From the IMG/VR virus record IMGVR_UViG_3300045988_174937: a stretch of 64,000 nucleotides of DNA; one strand, 5' to 3'. The DNA comes from a virus. This document shows, one piece after another, positions 9,164-17,277 of the stretch. The notes beneath the pieces are model-generated. The model made no database searches, had not been told where the DNA came from, and was given only the letters and a program-made list of their open reading frames with translations. Position 1 is the first letter of the stretch; each line of letters begins with the position of its first letter. The position numbers and the translations under genes are program-made.

Positions 9164-9715
9164 ATGGACTACAAAGGACGTATATGCCGCCTGATCGTTG
9201 ACGAATTGCCCGTTGACGCCTACGGAATGCGGGTGTTGGCCGCGGCACGTGACCTGTGGGCCAAGCAGGGTAAGGTGTGTATTTCAACGGGTCGTGCTTT
9301 GGGTGATTCCTTTCCGGTGGTACAGATTATTGGCGGCGAACCGATGAACTACCCACAGCGCGTTATCGACGTCGTCACCGAATTGCGCCAAGCTAACCCA
9401 CGTGTGTGGGTAAAGCTATTCACCGGGTTCCCCGACACGGAGGCGTTACTGAAAATAGCACCGTTGGTGAATGCTATTTCGGTGACGCTGGCGAGTGTGG
9501 ATGATGAAAACCACTTCCGGGCTGCGCGTTTAGGGTTCCGCGACTTTGGTAAAACCAGTATGGAGATACGCTACAACTCCACCACCGGAGAAGACCCTAC
9601 AGGCCGCGTATTTCCCCAGTATTGGCGGTTGGTGGATATGGCTCGTGTTGGTGACTATCTGTTGGAATCGACAGCCTGGGTGATGAAATACGCCAACGGA
9701 ACGTTATTTAACTAA
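9164..9715 (+). CDS. hypothetical protein
   Basis: 183 aa, ATG start. It contains IIGGEP but no CX3CX2C (see the rejected list). Confidence 0.5.
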   Translation: MDYKGRICRLIVDELPVDAYGMRVLAAARDLWAKQGKVCISTGRALGDSFPVVQIIGGEPMNYPQRVIDVVTELRQANPRVWVKLFTGFPDTEALLKIAPLVNAISVTLASVDDENHFRAARLGFRDFGKTSMEIRYNSTTGEDPTGRVFPQYWRLVDMARVGDYLLESTAWVMKYANGTLFN

Positions 9716-9730
9716 AATCTCGTAAACGAT

Positions 9731-10168
9731 ATGGACCAAAAACGTAACTACGACGACCCGCGCCTCAGCGAAGAAATGCGCCGTTACGGGTGTTACACCG
9801 TACCCAGCGATGACCCTAAGCACCCGCACGACGCTCAAATCTGTCTAACGCCCGAGTTCCTGACCAACACCAAGGGGTACGCCATCACGATGGATATGGG
9901 GTTTGGAAAAGAACGTATCAACTCGTGGACGCGTAACGCCAACGGCGTACTGGAGTTTCGCCAGTTCCCCGACCGCCTTTACCTCAACGAAACACCTGGT
10001 GAGGGTAAGTACACCGCCAACATCACGCTGACGTGTGAGTGTGGCGAAAATATCTCCCTCACTCACGACCAGGCGCGAATCTTTATGCGTGGCGCGTTTG
10101 AGGACCGCTACCTACCCAAGGTTCTGCTGCGCTGTCCTAAGTGTAACAAAATGCTATTCAAACCGTGA
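9731..10168 (+). CDS. hypothetical protein with zinc-ribbon-like Cys pairs
   Basis: 145 aa. CECG and CPKC pairs lie near the C-terminus. Confidence 0.5.
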   Translation: MDQKRNYDDPRLSEEMRRYGCYTVPSDDPKHPHDAQICLTPEFLTNTKGYAITMDMGFGKERINSWTRNANGVLEFRQFPDRLYLNETPGEGKYTANITLTCECGENISLTHDQARIFMRGAFEDRYLPKVLLRCPKCNKMLFKP

Positions 10169-10191
10169 TGAAACCGTTGGTATATATACTT

Positions 10192-10230
10192 AGGTTGGTG
10201 GTCCGTGTGGTCATCAACCTCCTTTATTTT
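10192..10230 (+). terminator. probable rho-independent terminator
   Basis: Imperfect hairpin AGGTTGGTGGTC...GGTCATCAACCT with G-U pairs, followed by a T-rich CCTTTATTTTA. Confidence 0.5.
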
Positions 10231-10326
10231 ATGGCTTGGAGTGTAGTTTTGGCGTTATTGGCGATGACGATATATTCGCTTGTGTGACGTTTTGAGGATG
10301 TTGGTAAAAAAGTTGAAAAATTTTCT

Positions 10327-10380
10327 CCAAAATATTTTGTAGATTGGAGAAAAGTTACTAATTTTGCTCTTGGAAAAGAA
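10327..10380 (+). promoter_or_regulatory. conserved promoter cassette P2
   Basis: Same 20-mer as P1/P3. TTTG at 10336-10339, then N19, then TAATTTTG at 10359-10366. Downstream box CTCTTGGAAAAGAA at 10367-10380. Confidence 0.7.
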
Positions 10381-10398
10381 AACTAAACACTCAAAATT

Positions 10399-10845
10399 AT
10401 GAAAGCAACTATTGAAACTATCCGCGAAATTGTAAAGGTTCTGACCGCTGACGAACAGCAACTCCTGAAAGACACCTTCCTCTACGGAGGCTGGGGAGAC
10501 ACCGACTACGAGTTCCTTGACGAAAACGGCAAGACCGAAACCGTTGGTGCTTGGGGCTACTGCACGAACGACGCCCGTGAGGGTGGACACTTTGCTGGTC
10601 GTGTCGTGGCTACGATGTTCCGCTCAATCTACAAGAAACTCTGTACCGCTAACCGTAACCAGATTGGCGCTCACCTTTCGCACTGTAACGACTGGTGGGG
10701 TGATGGTAGCGGTGATATGCTGTTCGTGCGCTCGGCGTGGGATAAGGCGTGGATGGAATGGGCCAAGGAGCCCATCCAGCCCGCTGAAGAGCCCAAGAAC
10801 GAGGAGCGCCTGACCGACGCCATCAACGCTTTCCTCGCCAAGTAA
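10399..10845 (+). CDS. hypothetical protein
   Basis: 148 aa. It is the first gene after P2. Confidence 0.55.
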   Translation: MKATIETIREIVKVLTADEQQLLKDTFLYGGWGDTDYEFLDENGKTETVGAWGYCTNDAREGGHFAGRVVATMFRSIYKKLCTANRNQIGAHLSHCNDWWGDGSGDMLFVRSAWDKAWMEWAKEPIQPAEEPKNEERLTDAINAFLAK

Positions 10846-10875
10846 AATAGTCAAAACCGCAAAACAAATAGCACG

Positions 10876-11703
10876 ATGAAAACGTACCGTATCAACCAAT
10901 TCAAGACCAAGGAGGCCGTCATGGACGCCATCATCGAGGTCTTCAAACGCCGCGAGGATTGGACCGAAGCCGAGGCCCGCCGTACCGGCATCAATCCCGA
11001 ACCCACGTTCAAGGCCCAAAAGGCATACGACCTGGCGTTCCAATCGATGGGGGGTAATTCGTTCCGGCCGGGTGAATACCAAAAGTCGAAGCGCGAAATG
11101 GTCGATTACCTGAACAATATGGAGTCGCTGTTTCACGACGCCCGCCTGAAATGGTTCCGCTTCTACACCCAGCACACCTACCTCTCCACCGACGCCGGCA
11201 AGAGCGAACGTGAAGCCCTCTTGAAAAAGATTAACGTTTACAACGCTTCTATCGAGGGGTTGACGAACAATTTCTCCCGCGAATTGCTTGAGTTCCTGGA
11301 GAAGAATCGTAACTGCGTCGATTGGCGCGTGGCGCGGTATAGCGAGGATTCCGTAACGTTCGGGTTGGTGGATGCGGCCGATAATATCGACCAGCAGTCG
11401 CTGCTGACGTTTTACATCGATCGCGGCGTTACCGGCAACGACGAGCCTACGTTGGTAACCTCCATCCAGAATCAGGGGCGCTGGTCGTGTGAAGAGGTCG
11501 GACCGCAGTACGTCCGATATGCATGGATGGGCCTACTGCTGTTGGACGACCGCCTCAAATCGCTTAAAGAGGCGATGATAGGGTACGGGTCCGGCGTGAA
11601 GCAGATGACGACTGCCATCAGCACCGCCAACGTTCAATTGCGTGAACTCGGGTTGGCGGACTGCGAAGCCCGCTTCGAAGAGTACGAACGCCAAAACTGG
11701 TAA
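10876..11703 (+). CDS. hypothetical protein
   Basis: 275 aa, ATG start. No motif recognised. Confidence 0.55.
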   Translation: MKTYRINQFKTKEAVMDAIIEVFKRREDWTEAEARRTGINPEPTFKAQKAYDLAFQSMGGNSFRPGEYQKSKREMVDYLNNMESLFHDARLKWFRFYTQHTYLSTDAGKSEREALLKKINVYNASIEGLTNNFSRELLEFLEKNRNCVDWRVARYSEDSVTFGLVDAADNIDQQSLLTFYIDRGVTGNDEPTLVTSIQNQGRWSCEEVGPQYVRYAWMGLLLLDDRLKSLKEAMIGYGSGVKQMTTAISTANVQLRELGLADCEARFEEYERQNW

Positions 11704-11706
11704 GCC

Positions 11707-12009
11707 ATGAAACCCAAAAACCTTGTAAATCTTTACATCGTCAACGCCGACACCAACAGCGACCTGCGCGATATGCCCGACACCGAACGTCGTATCGTCG
11801 AAGAGCGACGGCTGACAATGTCGCGCGACCTGCTCCCCGCCCCTAACATCTTCACCCACGTACTTATCAACGGCGAACGGCGCAACGCCATAGCGGTGCA
11901 AAACCTTACGCACCGCGAGGCAGCCGAAGCGTGGTATCGCGTGGGGGTGACGTTCGGCGACTTCAACCCCGATCGCCAGATGTTCGAGAAAGTAGAAATT
12001 GAAGTCTAA
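11707..12009 (+). CDS. hypothetical protein
   Basis: 100 aa, ATG start. Confidence 0.5.
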   Translation: MKPKNLVNLYIVNADTNSDLRDMPDTERRIVEERRLTMSRDLLPAPNIFTHVLINGERRNAIAVQNLTHREAAEAWYRVGVTFGDFNPDRQMFEKVEIEV

Positions 12010-12028
12010 TCCCCTAATACAACGAATT

Positions 12029-12256
12029 ATGGCACCTAATCGAGTAACCCGCGCCACGGCCATGGCTACGGCCCGTGACTACGCAAAGAACCATTCCAAG
12101 GAGGCTATCCGTGTACAGGTAGCCCTGTACCGCGACCAGGTCAAATCACTCAACCGCGCTAAGGCCAACGCCAGTGAAGAAGAAGTTCGTCGGTTGTGTG
12201 AACGTATAGCCGACACCCGTGAACTGCTACGGGCATTCGAAAGGGAGGCCCAGTAA
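12029..12256 (+). CDS. hypothetical small helical protein
   Basis: Track ORF 11999..12256 trimmed to ATG 12029 (MAPNRVTRA...). Confidence 0.4.
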   Translation: MAPNRVTRATAMATARDYAKNHSKEAIRVQVALYRDQVKSLNRAKANASEEEVRRLCERIADTRELLRAFEREAQ

Positions 12257-12295
12257 CCGAATTTCCGTAAACCATTCAAATCATAGTACAACAAA

Positions 12296-13294
12296 ATGGA
12301 AACAAACGTAATTACCACCGTGTTCAACGCCCAGGAGGCGTTACCTATCAACGACGAAGCGCGTATCACCAAGGCCCAGATCCTGTTCCTGTACGCTGCG
12401 GCCAATGCCGCCGCTGACCGCCCGAGTATCATCTGCGTGGACGAGGGTCCGCTGCCTTTCACTGACGTGGCTGAAGCGGCCCCGCGTTACGGCGAAATCC
12501 GTCAATGGCTGGGGACGTTCCTGGACAACAACCTGGTATTTCGGGCGATGATGCCTATCGACGACAACGCCACGGTCGTCAGCGAAATCAAGCGTCTGTC
12601 GCACGAGTGTACCGACGCCGGGCTGTTGGAGTTTTGCGTTGACGACGACACGCTCCGCTTTACAGCGCTTGGCGTCGAGGCCATCGAAAAGTACGGCCCG
12701 GTGCTGGACGAGGAGTGGCGATTAATCGAGCGTACCGTGTTGGAGGTCGTCAACGAACGTTACGGCCACTGCGGCATAGGCGTGGAGAAAATCGCTCGCC
12801 ACGTCCCCACCACCAACCCGCGTGAACTCTACGGCCAATTCGTGTTGGTGGAACAAGACCTGATGTCCGCTGTGTATCGCCGCACCGACGGCGTACTGTT
12901 AGCCAACGTGTTTGGCGTGGGTACGTTCCTGGTAGAGAAACTGATCGCTTTCAACGTACCGCTGCTGGCTACGTTGGCCGATGAGGGTTGGCTCCGTACC
13001 AATCCCGACGGCATCCAGCGAGAGTACCACGCGCGTTTCAAGGCTCAGTCGGAGGCGTACCGCCGTGAGCACGGAATCCAAGACCCCGACGAAGAGGAAC
13101 AACCCGCCGCTGCTACCCACGACAACCCCATGGCGGCGTTGGCTGCGATGTTAGGTCGTGAACTGGGGGCCAAGGTGGGGCTGCGCCGTATCGACGTTCC
13201 TGCTGACGGTGGCGAGCCCCAGGTGACGGACCTGGACGATAAGGTGGCCGACGCCGAAGCGGTGTTGAAAGCCGAGGACAAGCCCGTATCGTAA
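12296..13294 (+). CDS. hypothetical protein
   Basis: 332 aa with an acidic C-terminus. It is the last gene of the P2 block. Confidence 0.55.
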   Translation: METNVITTVFNAQEALPINDEARITKAQILFLYAAANAAADRPSIICVDEGPLPFTDVAEAAPRYGEIRQWLGTFLDNNLVFRAMMPIDDNATVVSEIKRLSHECTDAGLLEFCVDDDTLRFTALGVEAIEKYGPVLDEEWRLIERTVLEVVNERYGHCGIGVEKIARHVPTTNPRELYGQFVLVEQDLMSAVYRRTDGVLLANVFGVGTFLVEKLIAFNVPLLATLADEGWLRTNPDGIQREYHARFKAQSEAYRREHGIQDPDEEEQPAAATHDNPMAALAAMLGRELGAKVGLRRIDVPADGGEPQVTDLDDKVADAEAVLKAEDKPVS

Positions 13295-13319
13295 CGAACC
13301 GCGTTTTCTATCTTCACAG

Positions 13320-13352
13320 AGCCACCCTAAACCCATGGGGTGGCTCATTTTG
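13320..13352 (+). terminator. rho-independent terminator
   Basis: Stem GAGCCACCC (13320-13328) / GGGTGGCTC (13339-13347), then ATTTTG. Confidence 0.7.
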
Positions 13353-13433
13353 TCGTTGTGTGCTGCTGATAATACGTTTTCGGTACACCTGGGTCACCTG
13401 CGAGGCGATACGCAGATGCCATGCCGAAAATCT

Positions 13434-13600
13434 GGTTGAAGATTTTGACTCCTTTGGCGATTTGCGTAAAACTGCTGTTGGAAGATGTTGTAGAAAAACG
13501 ATGTTTTGGCGTTTTATTTGTGCTGTTGGAAGATTTTCACACTCTTGGAAGATTTCCGCGTTATTTTGACGCTCTCCAAGACCTCTGTTGGCGATTTCCC
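13434..13600 (+). repeat. iteron-like array, six copies of TTGG(A/C)(A/G)GAT(T/G)T
   Basis: Copies at 13437, 13455, 13479, 13527, 13546 and 13589. Three are preceded by CTG. The region is non-coding. Confidence 0.6.
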
Positions 13601-13700
13601 CCTATGGTTCTCCCCCTTTCTTCCCCCTGATGGTTTTTCTCCTCCCCCCACCCCTCTACTTTTCCTTTACCCCCTATAATCCCCCTTCTCCTTACCCCCA
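13599..13700 (+). repeat. polypyrimidine tract with nine C4-C6 runs (G-runs on the - strand)
   Basis: C-runs at 13599, 13613, 13624, 13645, 13652, 13671, 13682 and 13696, among others. The ~100 nt contain almost no purines. Confidence 0.8.
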
Positions 13701-13708
13701 ATTTCCGG

Positions 13709-13740
13709 TGTAAAAGAGAAAAAACACTCTCTTTTACACT
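13709..13740. repeat. perfect 12-bp inverted repeat GTGTAAAAGAGA-N8-TCTCTTTTACAC
   Basis: Read directly: arms at 13709-13720 and 13729-13740, loop AAAAACAC. Confidence 0.85.
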
Positions 13741-13762
13741 TTCCAGGCCCTCACGTGCCCCC

Positions 13763-13786
13763 GCGCGCGTGCATGCATACATGCGA
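13763..13786. other. 24-nt perfectly alternating pyrimidine-purine tract (Z-DNA-prone), with CACGTG palindrome at 13753-13758
   Basis: CGCGCGCGTGCATGCATACATGCG, read directly. Confidence 0.8.
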
Positions 13787-13874
13787 GAACGCACATGAAA
13801 ACATCGTCTTTCCAGCACGCCAAAGCACTGCGTCGAACCGCCAACGTTATTGAGTTCGTAAAACCTACCACGAA

Positions 13875-14129
13875 ATGGAACAAGAAGCTAAACAACATCC
13901 CTACATCGGCCATATTGCCCGCAGTATGCAGCGTATGGCTCATGAATACGCCAAACAGATAATCACACGTCAACTCGACGTCAAGAGTATCACCGTCGGT
14001 AGCACCAACGGTTTTGAACTCACGCTGACCGATAAGCGCCAACAGCAAACGGCCAAAGTACAACCAGGAGTCAGGCAACTTCGCCTATTTCCAGACGACG
14101 GTCAAATGGTAAAATCCGTAACACGATGA
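13875..14129 (+). CDS. hypothetical small protein
   Basis: 84 aa, ATG start. It is the first gene after the non-coding hub. Confidence 0.45.
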   Translation: MEQEAKQHPYIGHIARSMQRMAHEYAKQIITRQLDVKSITVGSTNGFELTLTDKRQQQTAKVQPGVRQLRLFPDDGQMVKSVTR

Positions 14130-14707
14130 AACGCCTGATTCGTTGGATAATCAATTGGCTCTACGCCGAAGAAATCGCCGCCTTGGTACAAGAGGCCGTC
14201 GATGACGAATTCGAAGCCACGTGGCCCGAAGCGTTTCGCCATCAGCCGGAACACAATTCGGTAATTCCCCAGGAAATCTGGGCCGCGGTAATACTCAACC
14301 TGCCAAACCACGCCGAAATCATCCACGGCCAGTGGATGGATAATACCAACCACATTCATATCTTGACACGAACGGTAAAACTCGCCAACACTACTTACAT
14401 TCGCGAATTCCAACTCACGATGGACGCCTACCGCCTACGTTTGGACCACGCCCATAGTCGTGACGAGATATTCTGCGGCCGATACGCCCACCTGCTCCAA
14501 GTACAGATACGGCTGCCGGGCAACTACAATTCCCCCAAGGCTGATTACGTGTTGGAATTTTCGCTTATGCAGTACCACCTCGCTGGGCCTGGCGTGGAAG
14601 GAGCAGTTCCGTATTGGCGTTGTAACACAAAACCCGATATTATCCACGCCTTTACCAGCGAGACTTTGGCGGGTATCGAGCGAGGACTAAAACATTTCGA
14701 GAAATGA
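14126..14707 (+). CDS. hypothetical protein
   Basis: 193 aa, ATGA overlap. Confidence 0.5.
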   Translation: MKRLIRWIINWLYAEEIAALVQEAVDDEFEATWPEAFRHQPEHNSVIPQEIWAAVILNLPNHAEIIHGQWMDNTNHIHILTRTVKLANTTYIREFQLTMDAYRLRLDHAHSRDEIFCGRYAHLLQVQIRLPGNYNSPKADYVLEFSLMQYHLAGPGVEGAVPYWRCNTKPDIIHAFTSETLAGIERGLKHFEK

Positions 14708-15069
14708 GCGAATTCTTTCATACCGGGCGTTTCTTCCAGCAAGACGCCGAGCGTACCCGCACTGAACAGCTGGAACGCCAAAAGCAAGAACAACGTTATC
14801 TGGGTTCAGCCACGCGGCTCCCCGGTATGCGGTTGTACGAGTTCAATTATAAGACCGGAGAATGTCGGGAGATTGGTACCGAGACCACACTGGAAATAGA
14901 CGTCACCACAGGGAAACCCGTTACGCGTCGCGCCGTTAAGGTCCAATACAACCCCGATTGTGTTTATTTACAGGCCCTCAACAACCGTAACGCCATGCGT
15001 AAGTTGGTAAAGGCCGGGTACATCAAAATGGTGAAACAAGATGGTAAAGGTCCGCACGTCGAAGATTGA
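14704..15069 (+). CDS. hypothetical protein
   Basis: 121 aa, ATGA overlap. Confidence 0.5.
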   Translation: MSEFFHTGRFFQQDAERTRTEQLERQKQEQRYLGSATRLPGMRLYEFNYKTGECREIGTETTLEIDVTTGKPVTRRAVKVQYNPDCVYLQALNNRNAMRKLVKAGYIKMVKQDGKGPHVED

Positions 15070-15502
15070 CGAAAAACAACCCGCCGCTCCGGCAAAACGT
15101 ACTTTGAAGCGGCGTTACAATCCCCAGCGTAACGCTGATGACGGCGTCGACTACGACGAAGACAATGTCGACGAGGGTTCCGTCATGGGGATGGAAGAAT
15201 TTCTAACCGAGTTAATAGGTAAATCAAAGAACAAACGCTTAAACGCCGTTTTCATCGAACTTGGCGATACGTTAATTCCGTATTACATCGTCCAAACCAT
15301 CGAGAAAGTAACGATGTTTGACGAAGACGAAGAACGTATGATGTACGGAATCGCCATCAACAAGGACATCGGCGTTGGCGTTGAAGGAGGGAAGAGTGTA
15401 GCTGAGTGGTGGTACGACGCCGATATTCGTGACCGTGCTTACTTGTCACTTCGTCAGCAGTTGGCTGATGCTGGATTGACAATTATAAGACCGCAGGAAT
15501 AA
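15041..15502 (+). CDS. hypothetical acidic protein
   Basis: 153 aa, ATG start, Asp/Glu-rich N-terminal half. Confidence 0.45.
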   Translation: MVKVRTSKIDEKQPAAPAKRTLKRRYNPQRNADDGVDYDEDNVDEGSVMGMEEFLTELIGKSKNKRLNAVFIELGDTLIPYYIVQTIEKVTMFDEDEERMMYGIAINKDIGVGVEGGKSVAEWWYDADIRDRAYLSLRQQLADAGLTIIRPQE

Positions 15503-15547
15503 AGGTTTAACAACCTCATATTTATCAACAATCAAAATTATCGTACA

Positions 15548-15835
15548 ATGAAAGTGCAAGATTTTTACAGTGCGTTGGCCGCCAAGGCTGACACCACCAA
15601 GGCCCAGGCGATTGCTTTCGTCCGTGCTCTGGAAGAGATTCTCACCGAGGAGGTTCGCGACAAGGGCGAAACCGTCGCCATCGGTAAGGTAGGAAAGTTC
15701 GTCCAAAAGGACCAGCCGTCACGTATGGCGCGTAATCCGCAGACGGGCGTTACGGCCCCCACCGAGCCCTACAAGACCATCCAGTTCCGCCCGGCGTACA
15801 GTTTCCGCGCCTACGGCAAAAAGGCTAAGAAATAG
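15548..15835 (+). CDS. HU/IHF-family DNA-binding protein
   Basis: 95 aa. Typical HU layout, including the arm motif ARNPQTGV and a Lys-rich tail. Confidence 0.85.
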   Translation: MKVQDFYSALAAKADTTKAQAIAFVRALEEILTEEVRDKGETVAIGKVGKFVQKDQPSRMARNPQTGVTAPTEPYKTIQFRPAYSFRAYGKKAKK

Positions 15836-15868
15836 CCCGTAACTGGTAACGCAGTTCGCTTTCGCACG

Positions 15869-15903
15869 TCCGCCAGGGAGGTGGTTTGCCCTGGCGGATT
15901 TTT
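15869..15903 (+). terminator. rho-independent terminator
   Basis: Stem TCCGCCAGGG/CCCTGGCGGA, followed by TTTTT. Confidence 0.8.
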
Positions 15904-15904
15904 A

Positions 15905-16196
15905 GTTACTTTCGCTACAACGTTATAGTATCTGAAATGAGGGAACGCCGCTTTACGCCAAGCAACGAAGAGTTAGGTTTTCAGCGAGTGTAGTTTCTTT
16001 TCCGACCGCGGTGTTTCCTCTACCATACCCCAGGCTGGTGGGGTCGGAGTCAGGCCTCCAAACGGTATAAGCCCTGTCGCCAGCAAACAAATTGTCTCCA
16101 AGGCAGCAACGCAGACTTCCTCCATAGCGAGCGCCGGAGCGGAGGAGACAGACTCTACAAGGGGAAGAGTATAAGCGATACGTCGCGCCCCTTGAT
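15905..16196 (+). ncRNA. candidate structured non-coding RNA upstream of the tRNA (class unknown)
   Basis: 290 nt with no credible ORF. It is GC-rich with several complementary hexamers (CCGACC/GGTCGG, TCCTCC/GGAGGA, GTCTCC/GGAGAC). Confidence 0.2.
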
Positions 16197-16267
16197 TGGC
16201 CTGTGGTGTAATGGTAACACACCAGATTTTGGATCTGGCGTTGGAGGTTCGAATCCTTCCGGGCCGA
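16197..16267 (+). tRNA. tRNA-Gln (anticodon UUG)
   Basis: Hand-folded cloverleaf. Acceptor TGGCCTG/CGGGCCG. D arm GTGT-AATGGTA-ACAC. Anticodon arm CCAGA-TTTTGGA-TCTGG. T arm GGAGG-TTCGAAT-CCTTC. Discriminator A; no encoded CCA. Confidence 0.85.
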
Positions 16268-16487
16268 CTAAACCCCCAATTAAAACCGCGTGTGGCAGAC
16301 GTGGCCCGAAAGTCCATGGGTGAGGGGGTTTTTAAGAAATTTCGTTCGTTAACGTTGTGGCAGTTCGCCCGTGCCGGCAAAGGGAACACCAATAGGAACG
16401 GCAACCGACGAGCGCGGGGCGTGAAATATCGCCCCGACCTTAAAGTCTTAACAGACTTCCATCAATCAAAGGTTTAATTCACCCCCG

Positions 16488-16524
16488 ACCGCCCCACAGT
16501 AGTGATACAGCGAGGCGGTTTTTT
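16488..16524 (+). terminator. probable terminator closing the tRNA/ncRNA locus
   Basis: Stem ACCGCC/GGCGGT with a large loop, followed by TTTTTT. Confidence 0.5.
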
Positions 16525-16561
16525 AATTTTACAGCGTTACTTACGAAAAACTTAAAATGAT

Positions 16562-17230
16562 ATGAAACGTTCACCGTACCTTGTAATGGACACTGAAACC
16601 GGGGGCCTGGACCCCGCACAGAACCCCATAACGTCGTTTGCAGCCGTTGTTTTAGACTTTAACACCCTGAAAGAGGTAGACCGCTGGGAAACCTACGTAA
16701 AGCCGTACAATGGTCTCCAAATAACGAAAGAATCCATTTCTAAGACCATGGTCAATATGGCTGAGGTGAATCGAGGTATGGAGTTGGATGCGTTTATCGA
16801 AGCACTGGGGCGGTTCTGTACTCAAAATTTCTCCGACGCCAAGGGCAAAGAGCAGCGCCGCCTGATAGGTGTGGGTCACAACGTGATGTTCGACGTGGCG
16901 ATGTTATCGGCGGCGTTTGAATATTCATCCTATGGACGGAAATACGACCTATTCACCTACATCCAAGAACAGACGCTGGACACGATGTACTTTTCCAAAA
17001 TGATGTACGGCTTGACGGGCGACGAGAAAATGACTCTTGGCGCCACGTGTGAACGCGCGGGGATTATACTTACCGACGCCCATGGCGCGATGAACGACGT
17101 GGAAGCCACGGCCGAGTATTTCCGCTATTGCGTGCGGCGGTTGCGTGCTACGGGTGATATATCATCCGCCACCGAGAAAAAGTCTCGCCGTCGCGGTAAC
17201 GAGTTCTTCGAGTTCAAGTGCGCCAAGTAG
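16562..17230 (+). CDS. DEDDh (DnaQ-like) 3'-5' exonuclease
   Basis: Exo I VMDTETGG, Exo II GHNVMFDVAML, Exo III HGAMNDVEAT. Confidence 0.75.
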   Translation: MKRSPYLVMDTETGGLDPAQNPITSFAAVVLDFNTLKEVDRWETYVKPYNGLQITKESISKTMVNMAEVNRGMELDAFIEALGRFCTQNFSDAKGKEQRRLIGVGHNVMFDVAMLSAAFEYSSYGRKYDLFTYIQEQTLDTMYFSKMMYGLTGDEKMTLGATCERAGIILTDAHGAMNDVEATAEYFRYCVRRLRATGDISSATEKKSRRRGNEFFEFKCAK

Positions 17231-17277
17231 AAACAGCCAACGTTATACAGTGTGTCTAACAACAAAACTGTACAACG

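Noticed and set aside
9164-9715. Possible second radical SAM enzyme, because of IIGGEP and a TIM-barrel-like pattern
   Set aside because: There is no CX3CX2C or any three-Cys cluster in the N-terminal region (only two scattered Cys). This is insufficient for an rSAM call, so the ORF is left as hypothetical.
13434-13600. CRISPR array?
   Set aside because: The repeats are only ~11-15 bp, imperfect and irregularly spaced (18-48 bp). There are no cas genes. This is not CRISPR-like.
13360-13630. Two 69-aa + strand ORFs (13360-13569, 13421-13630) and the - strand ORFs 13561-13818 and 13734-14078 in the non-coding hub
   Set aside because: They are built from the iteron repeats and the C-run tract, giving low-complexity, Cys/Phe/Leu or Gly/Arg-rich translations. 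They overlap each other in different frames, and several start at non-ATG codons.
15905-16196. tmRNA, RNase P RNA or a second tRNA upstream of tRNA-Gln
   Set aside because: I could not find a tRNA-like acceptor/T-arm pair, a tag-peptide ORF with a resume codon, or RNase P conserved boxes. Only generic GC-rich pairings are present, so the class is left open.
16197-16267. Suppressor tRNA / stop-codon reassignment (known in some Bacteroidota phages)
   Set aside because: The anticodon is UUG (a normal Gln codon). The long late genes (terminase, portal, capsid, tape measure) are uninterrupted under the standard code.
15953-16404. - strand ORFs (89 and 143 aa) across the tRNA locus
   Set aside because: They run antisense through a well-folded tRNA-Gln and GC-rich hairpins. 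There is no start context. The locus is better explained as RNA-coding or structured.
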